Positions 23,806-58,629 of a stretch of 64,000 nt of DNA are shown piece by piece. The notes below the pieces were generated by a model. That model was not told the origin of the DNA, did no database searches, and saw only the letters and a program-made list of their open reading frames with translations. A program made the translations under genes and the position numbers. Source of the stretch: Macrostomum lignano (lineage: Eukaryota); NCBI GenBank assembly GCA_002269645.1, contig NIVC01000152.1:310001-374000 (forward strand), written 5' to 3'. Position 1 is the stretch's first letter. The number at the start of each line of letters is the position of its first letter.

Positions 23806-25010
23806 AGTTATCTATTATCACTAAACAAGCCGCTTCGCGTCAGCAATCCTAGCCTATACATGTACATGCATAACAAACCAAACCTTTCGCATTCATTTGG
23901 ACCGCCCACCGGAAGCAATACGGAGACATAGCGATCGCTAAGCAGGGGACCAAATTGCAAACTAGACTGGCCCCAGGTCCCTCGAGACGGGAGTTTGAGC
24001 TCCGTTCCGCTTGGGGGACAAAGAAATTCAAGCTTGCGTGGCTCTCCTATTAGTTGGCTTCGAGCTCAAATTGCTGGCGTCCGTTTGCAGATCGGTTTTC
24101 CTTCCAAGATCCCTGGCCAATGAATTCTAGTTTTTAGTAAGTATACAAAAATCAGAATTAACATAATAATTGATAGTTTTGGAGGCAGAGAAAATCAGGG
24201 GTAAACGTGTCTGACTCTCTTGCATCAGGACCCCTGGATCGATTCGAATTTCCTCAGCGCTGGTGTATCATCAATCTGGTTCTTATCCGTAATATTTAAC
24301 CTCCCTTGAACTGCCAACAGTCGCTGGGGGGATCCTCTTTCAGTCCCTGTTCAACGTTCTCCAGAAACAAGAACAGCAGAGCCGAAGCTGGTGACAGCAA
24401 CATTGTCACGCATCATTGGCCCGTGAAAATGCGCGCACTGAGTGCTATTGGGCAACTGCTGCTGCTGCACGCACAGAGGGAGTTAGGAGGGGCTGCTGGG
24501 AAGCCGGAGTGCAGTACGGGAGAAGCGGACAGACTGGGGCGGGGCAGAGGGTGAGGCACCGGGGAAGTGCACTGCACTTGGGGGCCCTATCGATCTGAGC
24601 TCCCCTGGCCGTCTCGCCCAACCCTCATCTTCCTCATCCATCCATGCTCGCCCATCCCACTGAGGCCTGTCTCTCTCTCCCCTCTCTCTTCTCCCCATCT
24701 CCCTCTCGCTCGTGTCCTTCTACCCCTGCCCCGTTCACGTCCCATTTGGCGGCGCCCTTCTCCACCAGCTTCCCTCAGCCTCCGCCCTCTCCCCCTGCCC
24801 TCGCAAAATGCGAGCTTCTTGAAAAACGGAGTTTTTTTGGCCAAAAAGTTTTCTTCTTGAGAAATGCTCGCTCAGAGAACACGAGACCATCAGAAGCAGA
24901 GGAGCGGCAGCTTTTGAATGAGTCCGGCTAGACAGCTAGACGGGTCTTCCGGCTGGCTGGCCGGTCTCGCCTCGTTGATTGATTGACTGATAGACTGATT
25001 GACGCGCCCG

Positions 25011-46238
<21,228 letters not shown>

Positions 46239-47164
46239 TGACAGTGCATGCCACCCAGGAAACCTCCCGCCACATGCCTTCCCAGTCTCTGCCACCTCTC
46301 CGGTCTCAGCTCTTGATGTTCTCAACTGGTCTCAAATTTAGAGCAATAATTATTCTTATTTTGCTAAGCACACTAGCATGAGATTGTTGTACTTTTATGC
46401 CTAAACTGCAGTTTTGCACTAATTGCCTAGACATGCACTCTTACTAATTAGTGCAGAGTCGGGCGCACAGATATATGCTTTATTATGCATATTTTTCTAA
46501 TCAAACCTGTCTAAATGCTTTTCACTCATTTTATATTCACATTTAGGCCAGTCTTTTTTGTTCACCTTTCTTATAACTTCCACTACGGACTGAGTGGGTG
46601 TGTAATTAGTGTAAGTGGAGGGATGCGGGTATTCGGGGAGGGCTGATTGGCTTTTTATGACAGTTGCTAAGCATATTTATCCTATCATATTTTAATCATC
46701 TCTTCTGCAGCCGAATTAAACAGGCCGCTCTCAATCAGCTGTCAGTCCTTCTACATTCAGAGCTAATTAAAATTGAATTGCATGCTGCTGCATCTCTGAC
46801 TACTGTTAGTAAACTATTGCGAGTTCGAATTTTATGACTGAAATTTATTTTTTTGCTAAATGATTTATGGCCAGCTCAGAATTCTGTTTGTTTATTAATT
46901 ACGCTCCTAGCTTAGCATGGTTGGCTAAATAATGTGTAATTGTTCATCAAATCTGTTGTCATGCATCATATATGCAAGTTTGAGTGAAATATTACCATAG
47001 TTTTACTGTTTTTAAAAAATTATTTCGAATAGGAATTGAGGCAATTGTGGGATTTGTTGGATGCTAACTCGAGTTTTTTTTAGCAAAAACACATCAAACT
47101 TATTCTCAACATCGGATACAACACGAACTTGCCTCATCTCAGGTGAAATAAGTGCTTGGAACTT

Positions 47165-47345
47165 CTTTTGTAGTCAGGCCCATTCCGCTGAGCCCTGAGC
47201 AACGGACACGGATCAGTGTGCAGTCACACGCTCACACAGAAGTGTACAGCAGCCCTGACTGTCTAATCATCAGGCATGTACACTCTCTGTGCCCTGGGGC
47301 TGGCCCTCATTGGCGAGAATCGCACGACAACCCCCCCCGGCAAAT
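47165..47345 (-). mobile_element. SINE family B fragment (a smaller piece lies at 45915-45990)
   Basis: Shared body motifs as in the other copies. Confidence 0.65.
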
Positions 47346-47834
47346 TTTCGCCCCGAGCGCAAGAGCCCTTTAATCTCGGATTCTCAGGTCAACATAACTG
47401 CCAATCATATTTTTCCAGCTTCAAGAGTAAGAAGCATTCTAAACTTCCTTGAACGGCAAACATTCAAACACAAAAAACTCAGAAAATCGGGGGGGGGGAT
47501 TTCCCGAGCAGCTGTCCGAACATGAAATTCGTTCCAAACTTGGGATTTCTCTCACTTCATCTGCCAGGACGTGACTTGCAAACGAATTTATTTGCCTCCG
47601 CTGTTGCCGCCGCTGCATGCCAAGCTGTAAATTTCTGCTTCCGGAGCAAAGGCCAGCCGAGTGTCCATTTTAACTTTTGCTGACCGATGAAATTTCCCGA
47701 ATGCATGCCCAGTTGCCAAGGGAATGTTAAACTGCAGTTACGGGTCTCCAACAGCCGAACTCTGCATAAGATTTCTGTCTTCAATAAATAGATTAAGAAA
47801 TGATCTGTTCTATGTTTTTGTGGGTTCGCGTAAA

Positions 47835-48482
47835 AATGGCTTGACGTGCCGCGGCGCAGACGGGCAGACGACCAAGCTCGCACGCTGCCAGCGGTTCACC
47901 TACCTCGGCGGTCTGGTGCCCCACGTAGAAGAGGACCTCCGGCGGCGCAGAGGACTTGCCTGGGCGGCCTTCCGTTCGATCCGAGCCGTCCACCAGTCCG
48001 AAGCGCTGCCCGACCACCAGAGGGCTCGGCTGTGGCAGGCGGTGGTCGAAACCGTTCTGCTATACAACGCCGAGACGTGAACGCTGACGGCTACGCTAGA
48101 ACGGCAGCTGGACTCGGCGCACTCAGGGCTGCTCCGTGCAGCTTTTCGAGCTGACGAGAGCGTCGGGACCGAGGCCCTGTACGATCGGGCCAAGCTGCAG
48201 CTTCCGTCCACCATCCTGCGCCGGCGGCGACTTCAACTGGCGGGCCACGTGATCCGGGCCGTCCTGCGGCCGTCCTGCCAACGTACCTTGCAGGGTCCGT
48301 TCAGGCGGGGTCAGGCCCGAACCCGTCGATACCTGGACTGCCTGCTGTGCGACGCTGTGGCGCCCGACACTCCCAACGGACGGACTTCGTTCGCTCCCAG
48401 GCTCTGCGGCGCGCTATCTGACGCGCCCTGCTTTAACTGTGACCTCTGCTTGCAGGGCCGCGCATTTTGTTGTTTTTGTTAA
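47835..48482 (+). mobile_element. RTE-clade LINE 3' fragment (C-terminal RT/thumb region)
   Basis: FTYLGG...EDLRRRRGLAWAAF...ETVLLYNAET*TLT...LLRAA...RRLQLAGHVIR, with TGA in place of the usual W codon. T-rich tail. Confidence 0.82.
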
Positions 48483-48639
48483 ATTGTGAAGCTGCATAAA
48501 GCAAGGGCTACTTAGAAGCATTATACTCAGGTAAATTTCCTAGTTTTCTGAAAATTGGCCGCGAGCTCGAGTGGAGAGTACTGCATGTCTTTTTATTTCA
48601 TAAGTCATTGTTACGAGAATTATTAAGAGAATTCTAAAA

Positions 48640-48925
48640 ATTGAAACACGTGATTTCGTTGCTAAAAAAGCTGCGTAATTTTGTGGTTTCTAAAAATAGA
48701 ACCATGTGATTTCGTGGTTGCTAAAAATAGACCTACGTAATTTTGCAGTTTCTAAAAATAGAACCATGTGATTTCGTGGTTGCTAAAAATAGAACTACGT
48801 AATTTTGCAGTTTCTAAAAATAGAACCATGTGATTTCGTGGTTGCTAAAAATAGAACTACGTAATTTCGCGGTTTCTAGAAATACAACCAGGTGATTTAA
48901 TGGTTTCTAAAAGTACAAACTACAT
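48640..48925. repeat. 62-bp tandem repeat made of two related 31-bp halves
   Basis: CTAAAAATAGAACCATGTGATTTCGTGGTTG alternates with CTAAAAATAGAACTACGTAATTTTGCAGTTT. Confidence 0.9.
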
Positions 48926-49571
48926 AGGTAGTCGAGAATTAGGGGAATTATAAGAGCAGAAGAGCAAACTTGTTTCGTTTATTCGAAAAATGGAAGTTCA
49001 TGCGTATTGAGAATGCAACAAAGTCCCGTTGTTTGACAAATGCCTAGTTGTTGCAGGAAATTTTGGTTGTACTGTCTGGACGGGCGCAAATTAAAGTTTG
49101 CAGGATTAGAAAAAATTAAAGATTTACTACCGCGAAAAATTTACTAGCGAATGGATATCATAATACAAATGATTTTGGCGGCCCAGTTCGCCGCCATGAA
49201 AGATAACTTATATGGAAAAAAGAAAAATTTTCGACAGCAGTAATTTAGTTCTACTGGTGAAGCAGAAGTGCATCGAATTTTTTGGCTAAACAAAAATTTC
49301 GTCCGTTTTTCGTCATTTTTTCTCTCGAAGCTTTCCATAAACTTTTTTGGTCTTTTAATCTTCAAATTTCTGGCATTCCATTTCGTCTTCTGCTAGGCAT
49401 AGCCGCCCAGCCCTGTGCACGAGACTTTCCAGCTGTTTGCGAGGTTGTTCAATGCCCACTGTTTACTGACTGGGCCGCCTTGCCACCGTCTTCAGGTGGT
49501 CACGGATCTAGCGATTGCAGAATGCCCAAGTTTTCTATTTGGGACTGGTGTGACCATTTTTATGGAATACA

Positions 49572-50462
49572 GGATTGAGGGTTCGTGTTGGGTTAGATTG
49601 AGGGTTTGTGTTGGGGTAGATTGAGGGTTCGTGTTCGGGTAGATTGAGGGTTCGTGTTGGGGTAGATTGAGGGTTCGTGTTGGGGTAGATTGAGGGTTCG
49701 TGTTGGGGTAGATTGAGGGTTTGTGTTGGGGTAGATTGAGGGTTCGTGTTGGGGTAGATTGAGGGTTCGTGTTGGGGTAGATTGAGGGTTCGTGTTGGGG
49801 TAGATTGAGGGTTCGTGTTGGGGTAGATTGAGGGTTCGTGTTGGGGTAGATTGAGGGTTCGTGTTGGGGTAGATTGAGGGTTTGTGTTGGGGTAGATTGA
49901 GGGTTTGTGTTGGGGTAGATTGAGGGTTTGTGTTGGGGTAGATTGAGGGTTCGTGTTGGGGTAGATTGAGGGTTCGTGTTGAGGTAGATTGAGGGTTCGT
50001 GTTGGGGTAGATTGAGGGTTTGTGTTGGGGTAGATTGAGGGTTTGTGTTGGGGTAGATTGAGGGTTTGTGTTGGGGTAGATTGAGGGTTTGTGTTGGGGT
50101 AGATTGAGGGTTCGTGTTGGGGTAGATTGAGGGTTCGTGTTGGGGTAGATTGAGGGTTCGTGTTGGGGTAGATTGAGGGTTCGTGTTGGGGTAGATTGAG
50201 GGTTCGTGTTGGGGTAGATTAAGGGGCCTGTGTTGGGGTAGATGAGGGGCCTGTGTTGGGGTAGATGAGGGACCTGTGTTGGGGTAGATGAGGGGCCTGT
50301 GTTGGGGTAGATGAGGGGCCTGTGTTGGGGTAGATGAGGGGCCTGTGTTGGGGTAGATGAGGGGCCTGTGTTGGGGTAGATGAGGGGCCTGTGTTGGGGT
50401 AGATGAGGGGCCTGTGTTGGGGTAGATTGAGCGGCCTGTGTTGGGGTAGATTGAGGGGCCTG
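49572..50462. repeat. G-rich 23-bp minisatellite with a variant distal block
   Basis: GATTGAGGGTTCGTGTTGGGGTA followed by GATGAGGGGCCTGTGTTGGGGTA. Confidence 0.97.
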
Positions 50463-51293
50463 TAGAAACGAGCGTATCTGTGCTGGACCTGAAGGAAAAG
50501 AGCGGCAGTCAATGGGGCGCAGAAATGACCATTTATTGGTTCCTGAATAGCATAAATGGTAGTGGCATCGATTGCCTCGGGAAAGCCGCCATTTGGAGTT
50601 TGATTGCCCCTAAAAGCTGCATCGAAACTCCCAGGTCAAGCGTATATCCCCGAGCAGTAAATTGATGACAGCCTATAAATAAATGATCCAGCTAGCAACT
50701 GCATATATGGGCAGAAGTCTTCAGAAGATATCTGAGCCTGCCAGCCATTCCTCTTGCAGCGAGCTGCAATTTCGGATTCCTAAGCCGGATTCGCTTAGCG
50801 CTAATATTTTTCCTTTCTATCATAATGCAAAATGTTAGCGAGAATACGCCGGGAGGCAGACAGAAGCGGATAGATAGACCGACTCTGAGTCCTGATTGCA
50901 GCGATGAAATGCGGCTAAACAAAGCGCATCGGAGCCTGCGAGTGCTCATGGATTTTGAAGAGATGCAGAGAGAGAGAGAGAGAGAGAAGCGAATTCGTGG
51001 AAACGCTGAGACAATGCAATCAGGTGTAGCTGTGGGCTTTCACCCGACACGCAGGCTGCCAGATTCAGGGGATGGTGGGTAGAATTCAATGAGAGCTGAG
51101 CTCACGCCAGCGCCTGCTCTGAATCTAACTGTGTGAGCGAATGAGTGAGCCTGCCTGTACGTGGGCGATGCCGATGACGCGATGGAGGCAAAATCAAATT
51201 TCATTATTTTCCTGCTCAGAAGCAGGTGGAATGGAGGTCGGATAGCTGAAATTAATCTCATGATTTTCTACGCTTGGCATGAGTGATGCTTGT

Positions 51294-51864
<571 letters not shown>

Positions 51865-52413
51865 AAAGCGGATGGCGGCTCGCGCAAGGTGTCCGGCCAG
51901 CAGGATGACTGGAAACCACCGAGCGGGCAGGGTTCAGTTAAAGTTCCCGGACTTTCAAGCTCGGTAAACAGTTGCGCGAGAAGGGCGGAGCGAGCGAACA
52001 GGCAGGCCGGACTTTGCCCGCCACCGCACACTATTTGAGAGGCAGAGATAGAAGGAGAGGGGACTGGCAAGCAGGTTGAAGACTTGGTGCAGTTCCGGAG
52101 TTGCTGCTCCGCCCTCACTGCCCCCAATGCCTCCCGGTCCCGCCGCCTCCGCTGCCGCCTCCGCCGTTTTTCTCGTTTTAATGCGCACTCTGCCACCGCT
52201 GAGAAATCGGCCACTTCTAGCAGGAGAATCTCGCCGCCCCTATACTCAAACTCTTCCCGCTCTGACTTTCTCCCTCGGAAATCTCGTCCTGTGAAATTGC
52301 CGGATTTTCGGGGGGGGGGGTATACGAGTTTATATGCTTGAACAGGGGCAAATAGCACTAGCCCTACACACTGTAAGGTGCGTCGGAGACACGACCGGAC
52401 CGAAAGCTCTGTG

Positions 52414-52603
<190 letters not shown>

Positions 52604-52684
52604 TATAATTCAGTTCAGTGCAGCTCATCTGTTCAATCAGTAGACCACCGACAACTGACTGTTGTAGGAGTATTTCAGTCTCAG

Positions 52685-53330
52685 GTCGAGGAGAATGGGG
52701 GATTAAGGAGTGAGGGGGATTGAGGAGAGTGGAAGCTTGGGGAGAGTGTGGGTTGAGGAGAGTGGTAGATTGAGGAGAGTGGGGGTTGAGGAGAGTGGTA
52801 GATTGAGGAGAGTGGGGGTTGAGGAGAGTGGTAGATTGAGGAGAGTGGGGGTTGAGGAGAGTGGTAGATTGAGGAGAGTGGGGGTTGAGGAGAGTGGTAG
52901 ATTGAGGAAAGTGGGGGTTGAGGAGAGTGGTAGATTGAGGAGAGTGGGGGTTGAGGAGAGTGGTAGATTGAGGAGAGTGGGGGTTGAGGAGAGTGGTAGA
53001 TTGAGGAGAGTGGGGGTTGAGGAGAGTGGTAGATTGAGGAGAGTGGGGGTTGAGGAGAGTGGTAGATTGAGGAGAGTGGGGGTTGAGGAGAGTGTGGGTT
53101 GAGGAGAGTGGGGGTTGAGGAGAGTGGGGGTTGAGGAGAGTGGGAGCTTCGGGAGAGTGGGGGTTGAGGAGAGTGGTAGATTGAGGGGAGTGGGTGATGT
53201 TGAGGAGAGTGGGTGATGTTGAGGAGAGTGGGTGATGTTGAGGAGAGTGGGTGATGTTGAGGAGAGTGGGTGATGTTGAGGAGAGTGGGTGATGTTGAGG
53301 AGAGTGGGTGATGTTGAGGAGAGTGGAGGA
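52685..53330. repeat. Purine-rich 33-bp then 19-bp minisatellites (GAGGAGAGTGG core)
   Basis: Direct inspection. Confidence 0.95.
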
Positions 53331-54271
53331 GGTTGGGAAGAGTGGAAAGAATATTGCTGAATAATTGGAGCTGCAGTTCTCCTGAGCAAAAAGACAGTTG
53401 GCGGTGATGAAACAGGAAAAGTAGAGAGAGAGAAACAGCTGACACGATAGGAAAATTGTGAACAGTAAGACGAGGTGCAACAGACATAACGTGACGCTGC
53501 GTCTGCTGATGATGGATGCTGCAAGCCTGCGGCCTCATCAATCTACCGAGTGGGCTGGATCTGTCTGCAGTAAATTAACTCCTAGCAGTGTCATTCCGTC
53601 AGTATGGCAATTAAGTCTGCACCTGCGCGAGTCTAAAAGTACGAATTCCCAGCGAGCAAGCCAGGACGTCAGGACAGGTCCTCAGCCCCAGCCCTCAAGA
53701 CCGCCCCTTCCGGGTCGCGTTGATTGGCGATGCTCCGAGGCGGAACTGATGCAAATTAATGTTGCGCCGCCTCCCAATCAAGAAGAGGCTGCTTGATGAG
53801 GTCGAATGGAAGCCGGACACCTGGTCAAATCCCTCAAGACCTGCAACGAAAGACAGCCGGTTTTCCCCTGCAAGAAACAGCTACAGGATCTAGAAGGAAA
53901 TTGGTTGAAGCGAAGGTGTGTGTGTCGCTTTTGCAGCTGCCGAGGGAGACCAGAGCAGCAGGGCGCAAATGTGTGGGAGAGGCTGAGCAGAAGAAAGAAA
54001 GCGAGTACTCTGTTGGACTTCTTACTTTGGAGTCTGCAGGCCCTGCTTATTCCAGAGCAAACGGGCAATTTCCGGCCGAAACACGGGGCAGTTGGCACTG
54101 CCACTGTCAGGCTTGCCTTCTCAGCGCTCTTCTTCATCATCTCAGCTTCCCACGGCCTCCCATTCAGAGCTATAGTGATTTCATAGTGCCTCGCTTTCTT
54201 TCCTCTGCGTCTCGCTGGGGGAAGCCCTGCATGGCAACCGGGGTTCCCGACTTCTGACTGCCGGCGATTCA

Positions 54272-54487
54272 GGTTAGGGTTAGGCTTAGGCTTAGGCTTG
54301 GGCTTAGGGTTAGGCTTAGACTTAAGCTTAGGCTTGGGCTTAGGATTAGGCTTAGACTTAAGCTTAGGGTTAGGGTTGGGCTCAGGTTTAGGGTTAGGCT
54401 TAGACTTAAGCTTAGGGCTAGGGTTAGGCTTAGGGCTAGGCTAGGCTTGGCTTAGGGTTAGAGTTAGGGTTAGGCTTAGGGTTAGGC
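54272..54487 (+). repeat. Interstitial telomere-like tract (TTAGGG/TTAGGC and variants)
   Basis: About 36 hexamers such as TTAGGGTTAGGCTTAGGC, with a recurring TTAGACTTAAGC subunit. Confidence 0.85.
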
Positions 54488-55007
54488 TCGTCAGTCAGAT
54501 GCTCAGCAGTTGAAAGTCTTGCATCCCTTGACTGTACTATCATGTGCTCGCTTATTTGATTTCCACTTCGTCAGCGCGCCTGTTTGATTTATTATTCTAT
54601 TCTGGCTTTAAAGTGCAGAACTTAGGCAAAGACAGACACAGTATAGACGCAGCAGATGAAGCTTTCAACAAAGAGTTGGCCTGGGCAGACTAATTTTTAA
54701 GCGCAGTCTAAGCTCCCCAGATAGGTATTGTAAATACGAAGGCTCCTTGCCGTGCACCTCAGCTGGTTTGCCTGCTCTCGCTTCTCTGGGTTCGCTACAG
54801 AGCCAGCCGGACAACCTTAATCCGACAGAAAGTCGTTATCAGCAAAGTTCTTCCCCTCTGGCACTTGACTTGGCCAACTCGTTTTACCCTCCGCCCCCTC
54901 CGCTGCGTTTGACTCGAGCCGCAGTCGGAACTGATCGTTTTACATTTTGTACTCTAAGCCAAGGGTCATGTCCGCTGCACACCTGCCTGCTTCAGTACTA
55001 GCAAAAT

Positions 55008-55373
55008 TTATTTTTTATTTTATTAGAGGCAGGGGCTGTGTGCACCCTGGCGCACTTTAAGCGACATAGGCACACAGCCGGCGAGAGGCATTACTGCCCA
55101 TTCCGCCGACTCCCCTGAGCAGGCACACAAGCGCGCGGATACGTACGCAGGCACCACTCACACAGGAGTGTACAGCGGCCCTAACTTTATATTATCGTTA
55201 GGCGTGTACACTTCACTGTGTCTTGGGGGTTTGGCTCTCAAGGCTGTTAATTGCACGAGCAGAGCCAAGCTGAGATTCCAATTCAGCCCCAAATTAATGT
55301 GACTGCACTTGGAATCGAGCCTGGACCGCTGGCACACCAGAGCAGCTGCGCTACCGCTGGGCTACGGCGCCCC
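55008..55373 (-). mobile_element. tRNA-derived SINE (family B), full-length copy
   Basis: Minus-strand head GGGGCGCCGTAGCCCAGCGG (A box) ... GGCTCGATTCC (B box), body, A-rich tail. TSD GTACTAGC(A/T)AAAT at 54995-55007 and 55374-55386. Confidence 0.8.
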
Positions 55374-55739
55374 GTACTAGCTAAATGGTTTAGAGTTTAA
55401 AAAATGCTTTACCGAAGATCGGCCAGCAAACAAAGTTCCGGCGCAAGTTCTGCTGTTTGTAAAACAGATTTTCTAGACCAGATTTCGCTTTGATCGACAT
55501 TTAAACCCTGTTGAGCGCAATAATGAAAAAAATCAGCTCTTTTCACACTTTGCACAAAACGCTGGCTTGCAGAGTGTTGTGTTTCTTTTGCTATTGTTGT
55601 CCAAGAAGCCACTTGAAGATTGCTCAAGGATTGGCGACGGGAGGAGCCGTGAGGCGGTGCTGTTATGGCACAGAAACCCAGAGAAATGTTCTAGATTTGG
55701 GTTCAGCAAGTTTTTTGAAACAGAGGGAATATGGGGAGA

Positions 55740-56276
55740 AAACGAAGAGGGAAGTGAAGAGAGAAGAGAGAAGATGGGAGAGATGAGGAAAGAGCGGATA
55801 AAGCGGAGAAGAGGAGGAGAGAAAAAAGGAGACAATAGAGAAAAGAGAGAAAAGAGGAGAGAGGAGAGAAGAGAGTAGAAAGGAGAGAGGAGAGGGCAGA
55901 GAGGAGAGGAGAGAGAAGAGAGAAGAGAACAGATAAGAAAGAAGATGAGGAGAGAAGAGAGGAGAGAGGAGAGAAGAGAGTAGAGAGGAGAGGAGAGAGG
56001 AGAGAAGAGAGAAGAGGATAGAGTAGAGAGGAGAGGAGAGAGGAGAGAAGAGAGAAGAGGATAGAGTAGAGAGGAGAGGAGAGAGAAGAGAGAGAAGAGG
56101 AGAGAGAAGAGAGGAGAGAGGAGAGAGAGTAGAGAGGAGAGAGAAGAGAGGAGAGAGAGTAGAGAGAAGAGAGAGAAGAGGAGAGAGAAGAGAGGAGAGA
56201 GGAGAGAGAGTAGAGAGGAGAGAGAAGAGAGGAGAGAGAAGAGAGAGAAGAGAGAGAAGAGAAGAGACACAAAACT
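55740..56276. repeat. GA-rich low-complexity purine tract
   Basis: Direct inspection. Confidence 0.95.
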
Positions 56277-56299
56277 TGAGCGAGCCGGATTGCTATAGT

Positions 56300-56371
56300 G
56301 AAGTTCCAAAGGACCCGAGGGCCGGATAAAGAGGCTTCGCGGGCCGGGGTTTGCCGATCCCTGATCTAGAC
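56300..56371. mobile_element. hAT (Charlie-like) terminal sequence, one end only
   Basis: GGCCGGATAAA..GCTTCGCGGGCCGG..TTTGCCGATCCCTG is followed by ATCTAGAC, matching the NTCTAGAN target preference of Charlie-type hATs. The partner end was not found. Confidence 0.5.
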
Positions 56372-56774
56372 TAAAGAGTTACTCGTAAAAAAACAAATGG
56401 CGAATAGAACACTGAGCGAGTTTTGCCTAGCATCGCCTCTCCGCAGCCCAGCCAATAGCGTGTAGTGAAGAGTCGCCGCCCCTGCCACAGGCCCGCTGTT
56501 AGAAATGCTGCTGCTGGGGCAAGTACTCGATCGTTCCTGCAGCTGCGTTCCCAGCTTTGCCAGTCTGAGTGGAGCCGCGAAAAGTAGATTGGTTTTAAAA
56601 GTACCGGCTTGCATATTCAAAATTGGTTTTTTTTAAAACCATCAGACTCTCTCACTGAAATTCTCCGATCAGGTAAGTTGGAATTTATTTCGGTGACTAG
56701 CTACTGTTGCCACCGTGAAAGTATTGCTTTGGAGTATAGGCAAATATCGAGGATAGTGAATCAGTGAGTTTAAA

Positions 56775-57715
56775 TCAAAGAGAATGAGTGAATCAGGGAA
56801 TGCGTGAATCAGGGAATGAGTGAATCAGGGAATGAGTGAATCAAGGAATGCGTGAATCAGGGAATGAGTGAATCAGCGAATGAGTGAATCAGGGAATGGG
56901 TGAATCAGGGAATGAGTGAATCAGGGAATGAGTGAATCAGGGAATGCGTGAATCAGGGAATGTGTAAATCAGGGAATGGGTGAATCAAGGAAAGCCTGAA
57001 TCGTGGAATGAGTGAATCGTGGAATGAGTGAATCAGGGAATGCGTGAATCAGGGAATGAGTGAATCAGGGAATGGGTGAATCAAGGAAAGCGTGAATCAG
57101 GGAATGCGTGAATCAGGGAATGAGTGAATCAGGGAATGAGTGAATCAGGGAATGAGTGAATCAGGGAATGAGTGAATCAGGGAATGAGTGAATCAGGGAA
57201 TGTGTGAATCAGGAATGAGTGAATCAGGGATGCGTGAATCAGGGAATGAGTCAATCTTGGAATAAGTGAATCAGGGAATGGGTGAATCAAGGAAAGCGTG
57301 AATCAGGGAATGGGTGAATCAGGGAATGAGTGAATCAGGGATGCGTGAATCAGGGAATGAGTCAATCTTGGAATGAGTGAATCAGGGAATGGGTGAATCA
57401 AGGAAAGCGTGAATCAGGGAATGGGTGCATCAGGGACTGAGTGAATCAGGGAATGCGTGAATCAGGGAATGGGTGAATCAAGGAAAGCGTGAATCAGGGA
57501 ATGGGTGAATCAGGGATGAGTGAATCAGGGATGCGTGAATCAGGGAATGAGTCAATCTTGGAATGAGTGAATCAGGGAATGCGTGAATCAGGGATGCGTG
57601 AATCAGGGAATGAGTCAATCTTGGAATGAGTGAATCAGGGAATGGGTGCATCAGGGAATGAGTGAATCAGGGAATGGGTGCATCAGGGAATGTGTGAGTC
57701 ATGTAATGCGTGAAT
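56775..57715. repeat. 16-bp minisatellite (GAATGAGTGAATCAGG)
   Basis: About 58 variable units. Confidence 0.96.
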
Positions 57716-58629
57716 CAATCTTGCGCCAAAGGCTTAATGTTAATTCGCATAAGTACGTAAAGGCCCAATTGCCCAATTAGAACGATGTTGATTAGCAAGC
57801 AGTGACTAAGGACAATAAACTGGCTACGATCAATTGTCAAAAATCCTTGGGTTAGGAGCGATAGGTCTGAATATATTATACAGTTCTACACAGCAAACCT
57901 TGCGGAGGGTATTACAGGAGGCGGGACGGTTCGGCATCACGATTGTTGAACCGCTGTCGGCACCGGGGTCCTGTTTGGATAACTGCATCGCAGCTGGCGG
58001 GCAGATGATGCAGAGAGACAGAGCGGAGATGCTGAGGCAGGTCGCTCAGTGGCCTAAAAGTATTTTTGAAGCAGCGCCCCAGACCCTACAGGAAGACGGG
58101 CAGGTAAATAGAAAATTAATTTTATATCCCATACCTCGAAGCCGAGAGAGGGTCACTCGACCGGTGTGAAGATGCAGGCAAGAAGGATGCCAGAGTGATG
58201 AAGATTCACTGCTGCATTCATTTGGATTCTAAACTGGCGGGCTGCGGTGGAATTGCAAAACATATTTTATATATTCATATTCGAGAAGCTAGCAAGGCAA
58301 ACAATCAAATTGGTGAAAATGAAAGTCGTTGACTGGAGCTGCAGTTCCAGATATGCCAACCGACGCAATCAACAAATTAAATGGGAAATTAATTACTGGA
58401 AAGGATGGGGCGGAATAGCAATGGGAGCTGGCTGTCTGGGGAATGGGCAGAGTCGGGATCAACAGTGAGTGATGGCTGTAGACTGCTGGATATTTCCTGC
58501 TGCTAAAACATTAAGGTTGTTACAAAAACAGTAGGTTAAATTAAAATTGAATTGCTGCAAAGAGGGGAGCGGGGAGGGGTGAAGGGAGAGTAGGAGAGAA
58601 AAGATGCAAGGTAAGAGAGGGAGAGTGGT

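Noticed and set aside
24429-24550. ATG exon with a donor upstream of tensin (MRALSAIGQLLLL...)
   Set aside because: The donor is phase 2, incompatible with the phase-0 downstream tensin exons; at most a non-coding or uORF exon.
50825-51082. 85-aa ORF with an ERERE tract
   Set aside because: The charged tract comes from a (GA)n microsatellite and there is no homology signal.
57834-58169. 111-aa ORF with possible AG/GT boundaries (57883-58104)
   Set aside because: No recognisable motif or partner exon; it could be a UTR exon of the GPCR or noise.
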